DNA from: Geosiphon pyriformis uo1
Lineage: Eukaryota; Fungi; Glomeromycota
DNA: 64,000 nucleotides
Reading direction: 5' to 3'
Assembly: GCA_016748015.1 (NCBI GenBank)
Contig: JAAOMT010000366.1
Span: forward strand, 100,040-164,039
Below, piece by piece: positions 27,201 through 41,672 of this stretch. The translations under genes and the position numbers were made by a program. Position 1 is the first letter of the stretch; each line of letters begins with the position of its first letter. The notes beneath the pieces are model-generated. The model saw only the letters and a list, made by a program, of their open reading frames with translations. It made no database searches and was not told where the DNA came from.

Positions 27201-28879
27201 GAATGATGAGTCTCTTTCCGTAAAGTTTCACAATTGAATCTTTATAATTTTTCTAGCGACAGATATCAATTATGAAAATATAAGCAAAATGAACAGCGGT
27301 TTATCAAGTATTACTTCTTGATTTTTGATTTCAAAATTTAAATCTTTATTCATCAATAAATATTTATTTTTCTAGACAATACTATTGTTATGGTCAGATG
27401 TAACACGCTAACAGATAGCAAGGGAGAACAGTATTGTATGGTGATAAAAATAATCAAAAGGTAATTCAATTTTAATGAGCGAATTGAATTAGTAGGGATT
27501 CAATTTGCGAGATCAGTCTGATAAATATCTCAGTCACTATTCTTTCCAAAAGGTAACAAGGGAATCTGAAGGTAGAGGGATAGTCCATACTGTCAACGAA
27601 AAAATAACACACTAGTATAATTCTATGCTTCATGTCAGCACTCTTAGAGTTCAATAACAGGTATCAGTTGTACATTTCAATAAATATTTATTCAATATAC
27701 TTTACCTCACAAAACTAACAATTATACAAATCAAGAAAAGAAAAGAAAAAGGAAAAGAAATATTGAAAAGGAAATAAAGAAGTTAATATTTTTGTATTAA
27801 TCTTTGTTTGGAACTCTAGTCTGAATTCAATGATATTTTACAGGTTTGTAAAGTCTTGTTTTTATACTCTCGAAAAGGGATCAATAATCAGGTTAGTGAT
27901 CACATCAATGATTCGGTCAAGTTATTGAAAAAATTAAAAGTTTTCGATAATAGCTTTTTTAATGGTTTTGACTTTAATATCCAGTTAACGATTGTTTTTT
28001 CTAAATGGATTAAGAGTTGTTAGGTTAAGAATTACTTTTTTAAATTTACTTAGTCGTCAAGTTTATATATATAATAGCAATATCACATAGTTTTATAAGT
28101 TATTATTGTAAAATTTTTTATCAGAAATTTAATTATTTAATCCCAATTTAATGCAAAAAAAATATTTTATAGAGTCAAACTAATTTTTTAAGAATTTGAA
28201 AGAAATCTAAATAATATAATTTATATATTTCTTTTAAAAAAAAATATTTATTATTTATTATTATGTACAGGGTTATACTATCAATGGAATGAATTTACCA
28301 AAAACTATGTTAAATCATCATTTCCGATTTCCGATTTCCGATTTCATATTTACATTTTTATCTCTAATTTATGTTTAAATTTAATTGGATAACAACTCGA
28401 AATGGTGACAAAATTCATATTTTTAAGAGCCTAACTAAAGTAGATATGAAATTTGGTTAGAAATTGATGAGTTCAGATTTTTCAATTTTAAACGCTTGAG
28501 TGGGTAGCTTACTTTCGAAATTCGATTAATCACTTTAGATAATAAAAATTTTTAGGAAATGACAATAAAATGAATTAGCGAAAAAAAAAAAAGGAAAAAA
28601 ACATCTCTTTGTGATAGGAGAGTCTTAATAAGAAACAGGAACAAAATTCTTATCTGTTCTATTATTAGGGGTTTCTCATATTTAAATGTTTTAATAATCT
28701 TAAAAAGGGGAACAAGTGGTTCAATACATTAATTAGTTTCTTTCTTTAATTTCTTGGAAATTCCTTTTAATATTATAATAATTCGCGATTAATAGAATAT
28801 GAAGTTTTTTAAGAATAAACTTAAACTTAAAGTTTCCTACTCGTGATTAAGATAAAAGTTAATTATATGAAACATTTTT

Positions 28880-29760
28880 ATTTATCAATTGAAATTATCC
28901 AATCCCTTTATTAAATCATCAGGCGTTTTGACTATATGAAATAAGTTATTCATCCAGTAATAGTTTACAAGAACACAGAAAATTTATTGAAATTCAGAGT
29001 AGAAAAAAATTAGAAATTTCTGCTCAACATATCGTAGTTAACCTTAGGGGCAAAAGAATCAATGCAATTTTTTTTTCAGGTTTTTTCGATTTTTCTCAAA
29101 AAATCTTCAACATCTAATTTCTGAACAGCGATTTTAGAAAGAAAGAAATAATTTGAAATTTTAATTGGGTACAAGTTTTTAAAAAAATCAACTTTGAAAC
29201 TTTTGTTTACCGTCTTTAATAAGTTCTTTTACTTTTTCACTCAATTGAATAAAAGCTTTACTGAGCTCGAGAAGAGTTCCGGAATTACAAGTATAAATGA
29301 AAATTTTGATAAACCAGTCTTTACTGATTTGTATATAAAGAATCTCCAAAAAATATTATTATTCTTTGATTCTTTTCAATCATCTAACTTAATGTTGGCC
29401 ATTGAAATCATTCCTCAATTTTTGGCAAAAACATTGAGTGACAAGGATGAATGATAGAGAAATGTCCAATTTTGATTGGATATAGGTTCCTGAAAGACTG
29501 ATATCACCAACTTTATCCTTAAATTCATTTGTTACAATTTCAATGAGAATTTGTCTCTAAAAAATCTATCTTATAACCGAGTGCTCTATAAGGGGTCTGA
29601 CCATTGGATAATACAGCCTTCTCTTTACCAACGAAGCAAGTATCCAGATCGAATAATCGAATTCCTAATAATTTATTAATTGTGGATATACATGTATATA
29701 ATTTTTTAGTAATATTAAAAAAAGAAATGAATAACTTACCAAAATTCAATTGGGTAGCAA
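28880..29760 (-). pseudogene. Decayed protein-coding relic of unknown family
   Basis: Coding-like composition and fragmentary frames (GIRLFDLDTCFVGKEKAVLSNGQTPY; KDKVGDISLSGTYIQSKLDIS); no confident domain. Confidence 0.25.
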
Positions 29761-30840
29761 CATTTTGGCTAAAATTATTGTTAAAAAGGCCAGTTATGGG
29801 GAATACTTTCACATGTATTTTGGATATATCGCATACCGTTGAACTTAACCTACATATTTCTCCATTGAAAATTAATTCAAAGTTTATTTTTGATTGTACT
29901 TTAGTTTCTTTTATTTTAAGAAAATATAAATTAAATACATTGTATAACTTTTTATTATATCATAAAAATGTTTTATTGAAAAAAAAGATTGGAAATTTTA
30001 ACTTTAAAATTTATATGTATTATTATTATTATTATTATTATTATTTAATTATTAATCTATAATATTTCGTAAATCATTATATTAGAATTGAAGCGCCTTC
30101 TTATTTTAAAATATGTAGTTTCATTTCTTAAAACTTGATTTAATTTTTTATTTTATTCATTTGCACAAAAATTTCATTTTATTTAAGGAAATTTACTAAT
30201 TTAAAAAATGGAAACCAGAATTTAGACAGCATAGACTCCATGTCATCTTTTATTAATAGATTGCTATTTTTATATTGAGTGTTTCAAACCATCGGAGAAA
30301 TAGATCCTATCCAATAATTCCGATAGAGGGTTTATCGAATCAGGTGTAAATAAATCAAAAATCTGAACATTTGAGATTTTTTTGTAAAGTTTTTTAACAT
30401 TACACTAACCTTTATAAATCTAAAATTAAATTAATATGAAATCTTAACATTTTCTAAACTTTTTTTAATATATTAGCGCCCATATATTTGATCTATTGAT
30501 TTAAATCGAGTTTAAATTTCAGAAATTTCTTAAATGCTGCCACCAGAATTGAGCTTTTTGAATATATTTCTCTTATTACACTTAAGATTGCAAAATCTTA
30601 AGTGGCTCCTGGTTTTTTATTGATAATTTATTTAAATGAGATAAGTTGAGAATTAGCTTTAGATATTTATTCACTTTTTCAGTTATCATAAATATTTAAA
30701 TTTCATTAATAAAAATTCCTCACGAAAAGTTCATGATTTTAAACGAAAAATAAGGCACTCATAATTATAAAGAGTGTGAGAAAGTGTGTCAAAAAAATTA
30801 AAGAAATTCTCTCAATCTGTTTAAAAATTTTGAATAAATC

Positions 30841-31475
30841 ATTCCAGATGAATTTGGCAACTTGGCTCTTTTTATCACCGAAATTTTGAGGATTATATTT
30901 TCTCAAAATGGTATACATTGGAATCTTGGTTAGCTAGATATCAAAAACCTAGCGTGAAGACTCATTTCGATGAAGATTTTGATATTGCCAAGAAACGATT
31001 GTTAAATTTTGATCCGGATCAGGATGTTGTTCTTCGAATTGGGAATCTGAGAAAAGTTTTCAGACAAATCTTTATTGCCTCATGGCAAACTAGATAAAGT
31101 AGTGGTGAATGATTTATACTTGACTTTGAAAGAAAACAAATTTTTGGCATTACTTGGGCAAAATGGTGCTAGGAAAAGTACATCGATAAACATTTTATCA
31201 GGTCAAAATACCGCCAACATCTGGTGATGCGTTATTATATGGTTTGAGTGTACAAAAAAATATGAACGAAATTAGAAAAATTATAGGCGTTTGTCCACAA
31301 CACGATATTCTTTTCAATGCTTTAACGGCTCATGAACATATTGAATTATACCCAACTATCAAAATGGCTCCTGCCGAAGAAATTGGGAAATTTAACCGAA
31401 GAGCGATTAGCAGCAGTACGTCTTCTTAAAGTTGCGGATAAACTTGTTAGTACATATTCAGGTGGTATGAAGCAT
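30841..31475 (+). pseudogene. ABCA-subfamily ABC transporter fragment (NBD1)
   Basis: IPDEFG, LRIGNLRKVF, ALLGQNGARKST (mutated Walker A), [27 protein letters not shown]; frameshifts; ends right after the signature motif. Confidence 0.85.
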
Positions 31476-31554
31476 GTAAATAGCGTTAGATATAAATTTT
31501 TTATTTAAACTGATTATAAAATTATAAAGTAAAAAAACAGTACAAATTTCTTCG

Positions 31555-34500
31555 CTTTTTTTTTTTTATACATTTTTAATCGAAAAAAAAACATTATTAT
31601 TAAAACAAAATATTTTATTTTAAATAACATTTCGAATTATTAAAAAATATTTGTGAATTTTTAAATATGACAAATTTTTAATATAAGAGTAAAAAAATAT
31701 TTTAACAAATATAAATATTGTATCAATGCTAATAATTTGTAATGTAATATAATAAATAAGTACAGAAAAAGGCTTATTTTTTAAATGAAAAAATGATATA
31801 TCTTCACATGTCTTATTTTTGCACATATATTTATTTTTTCTAATTTAGTCAGAATATTTTTATTTGTTACAATACTTCTTTTTGCCAAAATACTTTTTTT
31901 TTTACCATATATTTTTTTATTAAATTTAATATATATTAAAAATGAATTTTATATTGTTTACATTATTTATATTTTTTATATTTCAATTATATCAAATAAA
32001 GCATCTTTTTAAAGAAAACTATTTCGAAATTAAGAATCAAAAGAAAATAGCTTATTTTAATTTAAAATCTGATAATAACATAAAATTTGGCATAGTAATG
32101 TTTGAGGTAAAAATTTTTATATTTTATAATCAGAGTTTTTTATTGTTACTATAAGCTATTTTTCAAAGCTTATTTAATATGTGTTCGATATAATATACAA
32201 ATTGTTTATTTCTAATAAGAGTTACAAATGTGTTTAAATACTTTTTTTAGTATTTAAGTAAAGCAAAAGTAATAAAAAGTAAAAACTATGTACATTATAT
32301 TTATATTAATAATTTTTTTCAAGTAAAAAAAATTAATTTATCTGTTCTTATACTAAAATTTTATTTAATTTTTGGTTTATGAAATAATGACAATTTTCCA
32401 AAATTGGGCTGTGAATTTTTCAAATGGCAAATAAAATAGTTTAGAGATAAAATTCTATTTTAAATACGAATAAGAGACAATATCACAAAATTTTTTTTAA
32501 ATTAACTATTATTTGATTAAAAATTATAGTCAAACCATAAAGACAATTATAATCTCTAAAAGTATTACTGTTTAAATATTTAGATTTTAAATTCTTTTTA
32601 ATTTTTTTTTAGAAACTTAGATAAAAAAAAAATTATTAACCCTAAACTTTAACATTCTTGAAATCACAATATATATATTAAAAATTTGTTTTAAATACAA
32701 GTTTATGACTAATTAATAAAGTTTTTGAAATCTGAATCTTTAATACAAATTATTCATATTTACATAATATACATATTATTATAAATATATTCTATCAAAA
32801 TTTTACATATATACAAACTTTATTAACCAATTTTTTTTACTTTTTTAATATTTTATTAAATTTGTAAATAAGATAATAAGTAATGTAATATTAAATTTCA
32901 AAAAAATCAGTAATTTAAATATTATTGTCTTAAATTTAAACAAAAATCAGTATAAAAATTCTGATATTTTTAATTCAGATCAATTTATTAATTTACAAAA
33001 AAGTATGGCTGTTTTGTTAAAAAATTTTTATTAAAATTAAGATCAATATGCATTTTCAATTATAAAATAACAGTAAACAAGAATTTATTTACTAAGTTTT
33101 TTGATTGGTTATTTTATTAATTTTAAACATTTTATTAAAAAAATTTTTAAAAACATTAAATTAAAATACAGACTTTTTTTAGATATTTATCAATATTTTA
33201 CTTAATATTAGCATTTTTAATATTAGAAAAAATTAAAATATTAACCAAGCTAATAGATATCTTAATTATTTTTATAATAATTTCTATAAACAATTAATAG
33301 TTTCATAATTTATGTCTTAATAATTTAAATATTTAACTTTAAAACTATATATTTTCAACTTTTTTTAAAAGAACAAAAAAATTATATATTAAATATATAA
33401 TTAAAATTAAAAATACTAAAATAATAGACTTATTTATACAAGATAATTTTTTAACATCACTTACAAAAAAAAAGCATTAATTTTTAGAAATCTATATAAA
33501 ATTTTTGTGAATATATATTAATAATGCTTTAACAAAAATAATTTTCTTTAAAATATATATACTTTGAAAATTTTTTGCATAAATAAATTTGGAAAAAACT
33601 TTGAGAAATAATATTTGTTTAATAAAATAGTAAAATTATATTAGTTCATACTAAAATTAACTAGTCTTAATTTATTTATTAGTTTAAAATAAATTTTAGT
33701 TCAGTATAATTAATATACAATAAATAGAATTTTAATTAAATTTATCATTTAAAATTGACATATTATTAAATACAGCTGAAAATTTTTTTAATAGTTTTTA
33801 TTTTCTAATCAAAAAAAATTAATAAATAAAAAATTTAAACATCTATTATAAAAAATTGGCTAGATTATCAATATTTGTTTATTTTTAATTTTATTTTTAG
33901 TGTTTTTATATACATATTTTTTTAAGAAATAAATTTTGTTTTAAAAGTATTAACAAATATTTATTTATTTAAAAATTTTATGTCAATTATTAAAAATATT
34001 TTTAACAAGTAATAACTATTTATCAAAATCAATAATATGCTAAAATTTCAAAAAAAGACCGATTTTTGCATATTAAAAGCTTTTATTTAGAAGATATTCT
34101 TATTAATTATCAAAAATTGTAGTATAAAATCCAAAAATAATAGTTTGTTTGATAATACACAATTAAATAAATTCTGATTTTTTATCTCAAAACATAATAA
34201 ATTGTGAATAAATAAGTTTAAATCAGATAATAAATTAAAAATTCAACTTATATACTGTTTAAAAAGCATAATAAATTTTTTAAAAAATTTTTTATGTCAA
34301 AATTTTATTATTTTAATTTTGATATACTTTGTATTTTACTTTTAGTTGTTTGAATATATTAAAGACTCGAAAGTTATAAAGCCCAAAAAATTCAAGATTT
34401 CTATAAAAAAAAAAGAAATTTTATTTTTTTTATTGTGATTAATTGGAAAAATAAAGTTTTTTCTAATTTAATCAAATTACAAAATAATTTTAATTATTTT

Positions 34501-36050
34501 TTAAAACTTTAATTGATTCTAAAAAAGGCTTTTTAATGTTTTATAAAAATTTAATATATCTTGTAAATAATATTTATTCAATTTAAAAAGTGAATTTATA
34601 AAGATTTTTAATCTTATTAGAATAAAAAAATTATTTATGTTTACTTTATATTAAATATTATTTTTTGCAATTTATTATAAATTTTTACTTTTAATTAAAA
34701 ACAACTTTATTACAAATAGAGTTCTTAATATTACATTAGTTGTTATTTATAAAACCAGCAATTATTTGTTATTTTTTGAAATATTATGTTAAAATTAAAT
34801 TTATTAAATAAAAATTTATTTATTTCTTAGAAAAAAAAGTTTCTGATACATAAAAACTAATAGACAAATTTTATTTTAAGTAAAGACTTTTTATTATATA
34901 ACAATAATATTTATGTTAATAAGTCAGTTATAGAATTTATTAATTCAATCTTTTTAAGTATTATAAAAAATATTTAATAAAAAAATTGGCCAATACAATA
35001 TTGATTATTTTTATTAAACATACTATTAGTAAAACTTTGAAAAATTAGAAATTTTTGTTAAGTTTTAATAATAAAAATTTAAAATACTTTTATATTTTTG
35101 AAATATTAGCATGTGTCTTTAATCATTAGTATTCAATAGGTTATATAAAGATATAAAATTTTTAAATCGAATTTATAAACTAAAATAGATTTAAATAGAA
35201 TTACAACAAATATTTTTACATTAAAACTTTGAAAATTGGTGGTTCTATATTATTATATAATCTATATAAATAATAATATCTTATATTATCTTTAATTTAA
35301 TTGAATTAGAACTATTTTGAATTTAAAATTTATTAGAAAATTACAATTATTTCAATAATATTATTAATTTTCATCTATATTTATATTTTAAATAAAAACA
35401 CAAAAATATATATGGCTTAAGAAATAAACTAATAAAAATATGATAAGTTTTATTTAAAAAAAATTTTTAAGCAAATAAAAAATTTAAAAAAGTTTTTGTT
35501 TAAGAATATAATAAAGAACAATTAATTATTAAAGTTCTAGATAATTTATTCTATAATAAATCTTATTTTAACATTAAAATAAATTATTATAGTCTGAAAA
35601 AAAAATAAAAATAAAAATTTTATTTTTTAGATAAGTAGCAATTTTTACTATATAGTATTTATTTTTAACAATATGTTTTTAATTATTTATTTTTTTATAT
35701 ATTACGAATTTTCAAGTTATTTTTTAATTAAATAATAAATTAAACAAAGACAAATTTTTTGTTATCAAAAATAATAATACAGATATAATTTTAAGATTGT
35801 TAATATTATTGTATTTTTTACACTTTTTTTGTAGTTATAAGAATTTGTTTAATATTATATCTTAAAAAAAAAATATCGAAAAATATTGTGTAATATATTT
35901 TATATTTAAGCAATAAAATTGGTTTCAATATAAATGTTTTGTAAATTAAAAATATTATTTAGAAAGCAAAAATTATTTTTTAAATGTGTTAACTTAAAAT
36001 TTTCTTATTTAAAAATATTAATAATACTTAAATTTATTTTTAAACACCAA
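31555..36050 (-). mobile_element. Transition-saturated LINE relic of a second family (B)
   Basis: Minus strand decodes to RT-like (RP)ISLL...RKLFSK and NN.AG (~34740-34870), RFLG-like (~34385), RNase H-like EFYTD (~32950) and a C-terminal H..C motif (~32225); T-tract at 31556-31567 may be the tail; lacks the family-A 3' UTR. Boundaries approximate. Confidence 0.5.
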
Positions 36051-36057
36051 TTAAAAG

Positions 36058-36172
36058 TTTTTTTTTATTTCATTTAATAAATAAGGCCCAAATGCCATCT
36101 AGCATAATATATTAAACTAAGTAATTTAAACTAAGCACAAATCAAATACTTTCTATATGTGATTAGTCATTC
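36058..36172 (-). mobile_element. Solo LINE-A 3'-UTR copy
   Basis: Minus strand: gaatgactaatcacatatagaaag...gctagatggcatttgggccttatttattaaatgaaataaaaaaaa. Confidence 0.6.
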
Positions 36173-36479
36173 AAAAAAGTTATTAATAGAGTTTAAATAA
36201 GTTATATAATAAAAAAATAATAGTAATACAAACAATAACATGTAAAAATATAAAATTTTTATTTATTTATTATAAACTGGTTTTTTTTATATAATTAATT
36301 TATATATTACTTTTTTTATTAAATCCAAATTTTTAAATTTTTTTAGCAATAAACCTAATTTTTTTTACATATTTATTGAAATAAATTAAAAGATTTTGAC
36401 AAAAAACAAAAAGATGATTTAAATAATTTTTTCTTGTAATTCAATAATATAAAATCTATTTGATTATTTTAAAGCATTA

Positions 36480-39400
36480 CTATAATATTTTTGGTGTATC
36501 TTGTATTGATTATTCTTTTTTTGACATTAATTTTTTTGTTTACAAAACTAGAATAGAATACAATCTGTATTATTGTGTTAATAAAAATTTTTAAAGCTAA
36601 TTTAAGATTTATTTTTATTAGAAAAATTAGTAAATTGGCTAAAAAGTTAAATACATTTATGCGAACAGTTTTTTTTTAATCTTGAATATTAATTATTAGT
36701 AATTTTTTTTATTATAGAATCAAATAAGTAATATAATAATAGAAAAGAATTTAAGTGTGTTTACTAATAATAAAACTGATATAAAACTAAATTTTTTAGC
36801 TTTTTTAAATATAGTTAAATTAAAAATACAATTAAAAAATTTTTTTAACTTAGTTATAAATTTGTTAACTAGATTTAATAACTTAACTTTGACTTATAGT
36901 ACTTTTTTTTAATATTTTAATAACCAGTTTATTTAAATAAAAAGCTATTTTTAAATAATAAAAAATCTGAAAATAATATTTTAATAACCAGTTTTATTTA
37001 AAGAATTATTATATGTAATATTAAGAAAATAAACAATTTTGTTAAATAGAAACTATTTTTAAATAATAAAAAATCTGAAAATAATATTTTAATAATTATT
37101 AAAACAAAGTTACATTTTAATATTAGATTTTAAATTGTAAATAAGCTTAGTAAAATTAGAGTTTTTATTTTTAGTTTGGATTTTGGTTATATAAGTCTTA
37201 ATATTGCAATTATTATAAATAATTATTTGGTTTAATATATCTTAAAAGTTTTAAAAGTTTTTAGTAAATTTCTGTTGGTTTGCTTATTGTTCAAAAACAA
37301 ATAAATAGTTTTAATATTAAGATTTTATATAAATATATTTTTTAAAAAATGTTTAAATCTAGTATTTATTGTTAACTTTGTTATTGTTAAAATATATTAT
37401 AAAAGTATTTTTATTGTTGTGAATGGTAATTTTAATAAAAATAATGTTAAATATAGCACTAATTTCAAAAAATATGTGAATCTTAAATTAATTAATTCTT
37501 TTTTTAGAAGTTTATTTGTAAAAGTTTTTATTTAAAAAAATTTATAAAGAGTTAAGAAAACAATTAATTATATTTTTATATTATTTAATTTGATTAATAT
37601 TTATATTAACAAAGAAGTTTTAAGTATAGTTAACTTTTTTAATATGGATTACTTTGTTGTTTCTATTTCAATTAGTTTAAATAATATTTTGAATAAGTAT
37701 TTAAATAGTTTTTACAAATAAACTAATAAAAACTAATAAAAATACAATTTCAAAAAAGCCAATATAATCAAATAAATCTGGTTTAAGAATGCTATATTGG
37801 CAAATATTGCTATTTTTAATAAAAATTTTTGTCTTTTAAAAAAATTTTTTAATCTAAATTTATGTAAAATATTATTAAAAATTGTTAGTTTTTTAGTCAA
37901 TAAAATTTTTTTCAAATCTTAAAGTAAAAATTTCAATAGTGTTTTTATTAAAGTTTTATTTTAGTTCTATAAGTTGAAGGTTTAATGTCTAAAATTGTTT
38001 AAACTTTATATTTGAGTTTTAGTTATAAATTAAATAATTTGATTGTTTATTAGTTATTACTTAATGTTTAATATATATGTAATATGTAAAATTTTTTGGT
38101 ATTTAAGACCAATTTAAATACAGTTAAATTTAAATTAACCAAAAATTAAAAATTTATATCAAACATTCAAGCTTGTTAAATTTTAATATATTAAAATTAT
38201 AAAGTTTTATGTTATTATTAATAAAAAAATAAAAAAGTTTAAAATTAAAAAAGATTATACTATTAATAATATTTTAAAATATTCTTTTTACAAAGTGATT
38301 TTAAATTATTTAATAGATAAAAAAAACTTGATTTTAAAACTTAATAAGATTAAATTTCAGATAGATTCAATTATAATAGAATAAATAAAAAAGTAAACAA
38401 TAATAGAATTGTTTTAAAAATTTGGTTTTGATAATATTTGTTTTTAAATTATATAATAAATAATGTCTTTTTTAGTATTATAAATAAAATTGGTTTTAAT
38501 AAAATATTAAAAGTTATAATAAATTTGTCAGATAAAAAAATTTTTAATTTGTTTAAAATATCTAATAAACTTTAGTAAAAAAAAATTTTAACTAATATAA
38601 AACTTATTACACTAATTAAAACTAATTAGAAAATTTTTTTTAAAGTATTATTATATAAAAATTTTTTGGTTTATAATAAGCATAATATGTTTTAGAGTAG
38701 CAATTTTTTAGTTTTAAAAAAAACAACTATATAATCTTTAATTTTTGCTATTGGCTTAATAGTAAAAAACATTCTAAAAAAAATTATAAACTTTGATTAA
38801 TATTATAAAATATACAAAAACATATGATTTAGTAAATTAAGTATACTTAAGAAACAGTTTAATTTATATTAAAATATGTAACAAATTTATTAAATTTTTT
38901 GGCAGTATTTATAATAATTATATTAATTAAGTTATAATTAACTTTGATTTAACAAATAGATATTAGATATATAATAAATTATATTAAAATAAAGTGTTTT
39001 TTTTTCTTTTTTAATATATTTTTTATAATCTTTTTCTGTATAAAAACAAAAAAAACAAGAAAGTATATATAAATATAAGATTAATTTTAAGTTTATAATT
39101 AAAACAGAGTATGTATAAAGCCAAGCTAATTATATATATTTTTTTACTATTAATATATTTATTAATAATACTATTTGAATAGACAATAATTAAACAGCAA
39201 CTTAGTATATCTTGAACATTATAAATGAATTTTTTTAGATTAATAATATTTTAAACAATAATAAAATTGTAATTATTCTAATTAATTATAAAGTAGCAAA
39301 TTTTTTCTTATTAAATAGTGGTTTGCCAATTTTAATAACTAAATAAAAGAATTTTACAGATATTTGGATATTTTTTTTTAATAAAAGATTTGTTTAAGTC

Positions 39401-41672
39401 TAATTTAGTAAAAACTAATTTAAATATTAAATTTTTGCTAACAAAGTTTTAAAAAAAACTATTTTTAATAAACAGTTTTTGTATTTAGTCTTAATAATAT
39501 TCTATCTAATTATTAATTACAAGACTTAATTTAGTTTTGTCTTTAATAGAATATATAATAAATAGAATATTATAATTTATAAAGACTTAAAATTTAAGTT
39601 TTATTTATCTTTAAATTTTCTAATAATATAATTTATTATCTTTTATTATATAGTTTAAAAACTTTCAAACAAGTATAAACTTAAAACAAATTGGCTTTTA
39701 TGTTGAGTTTTTTTAATATATGTAGTATTTAGATTATTTATTTACTTATAGATTTTTTGATTTACAGATTCTAAGTTGGTCTTTTTATTATTTTTTGTGT
39801 TATTTGGTCTATTTAAAAATTTGTTTATTAAACAATTTTTTGGCTGGTGTAATTTATATTTTTTATAATTACAATTTGTTTTTAGTTAATTTTTTGCATT
39901 TAGTATTTCAATTTTAAAGAATTCTAATATTAATTTTCTTGAATAAGTTTGTTTTCTTTGAGACATTTTATTTGTTTAAATAATTTAATATTGTTTTTAT
40001 TTAATAATTACATGATAAAAAAATGTTATTTTTAACTAAAAAACTTTAAATATTAAAAAAAACTGAATTTTTGAAGTTCTGTTTAAGTTTAGTTTTATTT
40101 TGCTATTAAGTTTTTGAATAATATAGTTTTTTGCTTTTTGAATTTTTTTTAATTATTGGCTTTTAATTTCTGGATTTTTTGAGTTTACATGATTTTAATT
40201 TGGTTTATAAATAGCTTTTAAGTATTAATATAATCTGTTTTTTTGTTTATATTAATAGTTTTCTTAATAATTTAAGTACTTTTTTAATGAAAGCTAATAT
40301 GATAATATTTTTAATAATTTTAGTTTAAATTTAAGTATTAAAATATGCTTGAATATTACTTTGAAATTTATTTTCTTGTTCTAAGTTAATTTTTTTATTA
40401 TAATTAAATTATAAGTTATAGTGCTTATTTTATAGCATGTTTTTTTTATGTATAGTTAATATGTTTTTTAACAGCCAAACAGTTTTAAATATATATAATT
40501 TAGAATTGGCTCAGGTTTTGCCAAATTTTTATAATTGTTTTTGAATTAAATATTATTACATTGTAAATATTATTAAAGATAAAAAATTAAATAGCAATTA
40601 ATACAAAATTAAAAACTATTTAAGTATATTAAGCAATAAATTAGCTAATGTTTTGGCTAATATAGTTTTATTTTTAAATGTGGTATTTTCAGTTCATGTA
40701 CAAAAATAGTTTATTAAAGCTAATAGTATGATTGTTTTTAAGAATATAAGATATTTTGTTTACAGATTTTTTCAAACAATTTACTATGCTTATTAAAAGA
40801 TTGGATTTGGTACTTATGTTTTAAATACTAATTTAATTAAAAATATAAATTGAGTTAAGTTTTTATTAGTATAATACTTTAATTTTTATATTTTTAATAA
40901 AGTTTATAAATAAAACTATAACTAGTATATATTCTTATTTTATAAAAACTTTATATTATAGATTGTTTATAATTGTTCAAAAGTATTTATATAACAAGTA
41001 TTATTATAATGTTTTATGTTTATTTTATTAAAATATTAAATTTTCAAATCATGTTTTTTTTGTAAATTAAATAATAAGTTTTATAAAAGACTATTAAATA
41101 CTTATATAGTTATTTAAAAAATAAATTCTGGTTTGTTTAAGTCTTTTTTATGTGTTTATAGTGGTTTATTTTATGTTATTTTGATATTTTAGTATACTTA
41201 ACTTATACAAAAAGTTTGTTTATAAAGATTAATTTTAAGAGTTTTTTTTAATTTTTAAAAATACTAAAATTATTTGTAATAAAATTATAAACTTTGTGTA
41301 TTATTTTAGTTTAGTTTATAAAAATAATATCTAATTTGTTTGTTTTAAATATTGGGTTTTTATAGAGAAAAAAAATTTTATTTTATGTAATAATACTGTT
41401 TTTGTGACTGTTTTTAAAGTGTTATTTATATTATCTAAAAGTATAATTAGGATACTTAAAATTATAGAAGTCTTTGAGATTAATTTTGATATGTATATAT
41501 TGTGTTTATTTTTTTTAAGTATTAAAGACATAATTTTTGTATATATAAATATATAATGTTGTTTTAAGTAACTTAAATAGCTAGTTATATATAGCAAAAT
41601 ACATAATTTATACTTAATTTTATATATTATATTTAATATTTAGACTTTATTTATTAAATATAATAAAAAAAA
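36480..41672 (+). mobile_element. Transition-saturated LINE relic (family A), ORF1 internally deleted
   Basis: Colinear with 43312-50121: endonuclease (LLFKNK; GNFNKN for GDFNED, 37250-37500), RT (IFAIG; FINNTI* for FVDDTIW at 39158), RNase H (~40250-40700), 3' UTR and poly(A) ending 41672. Confidence 0.8.
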
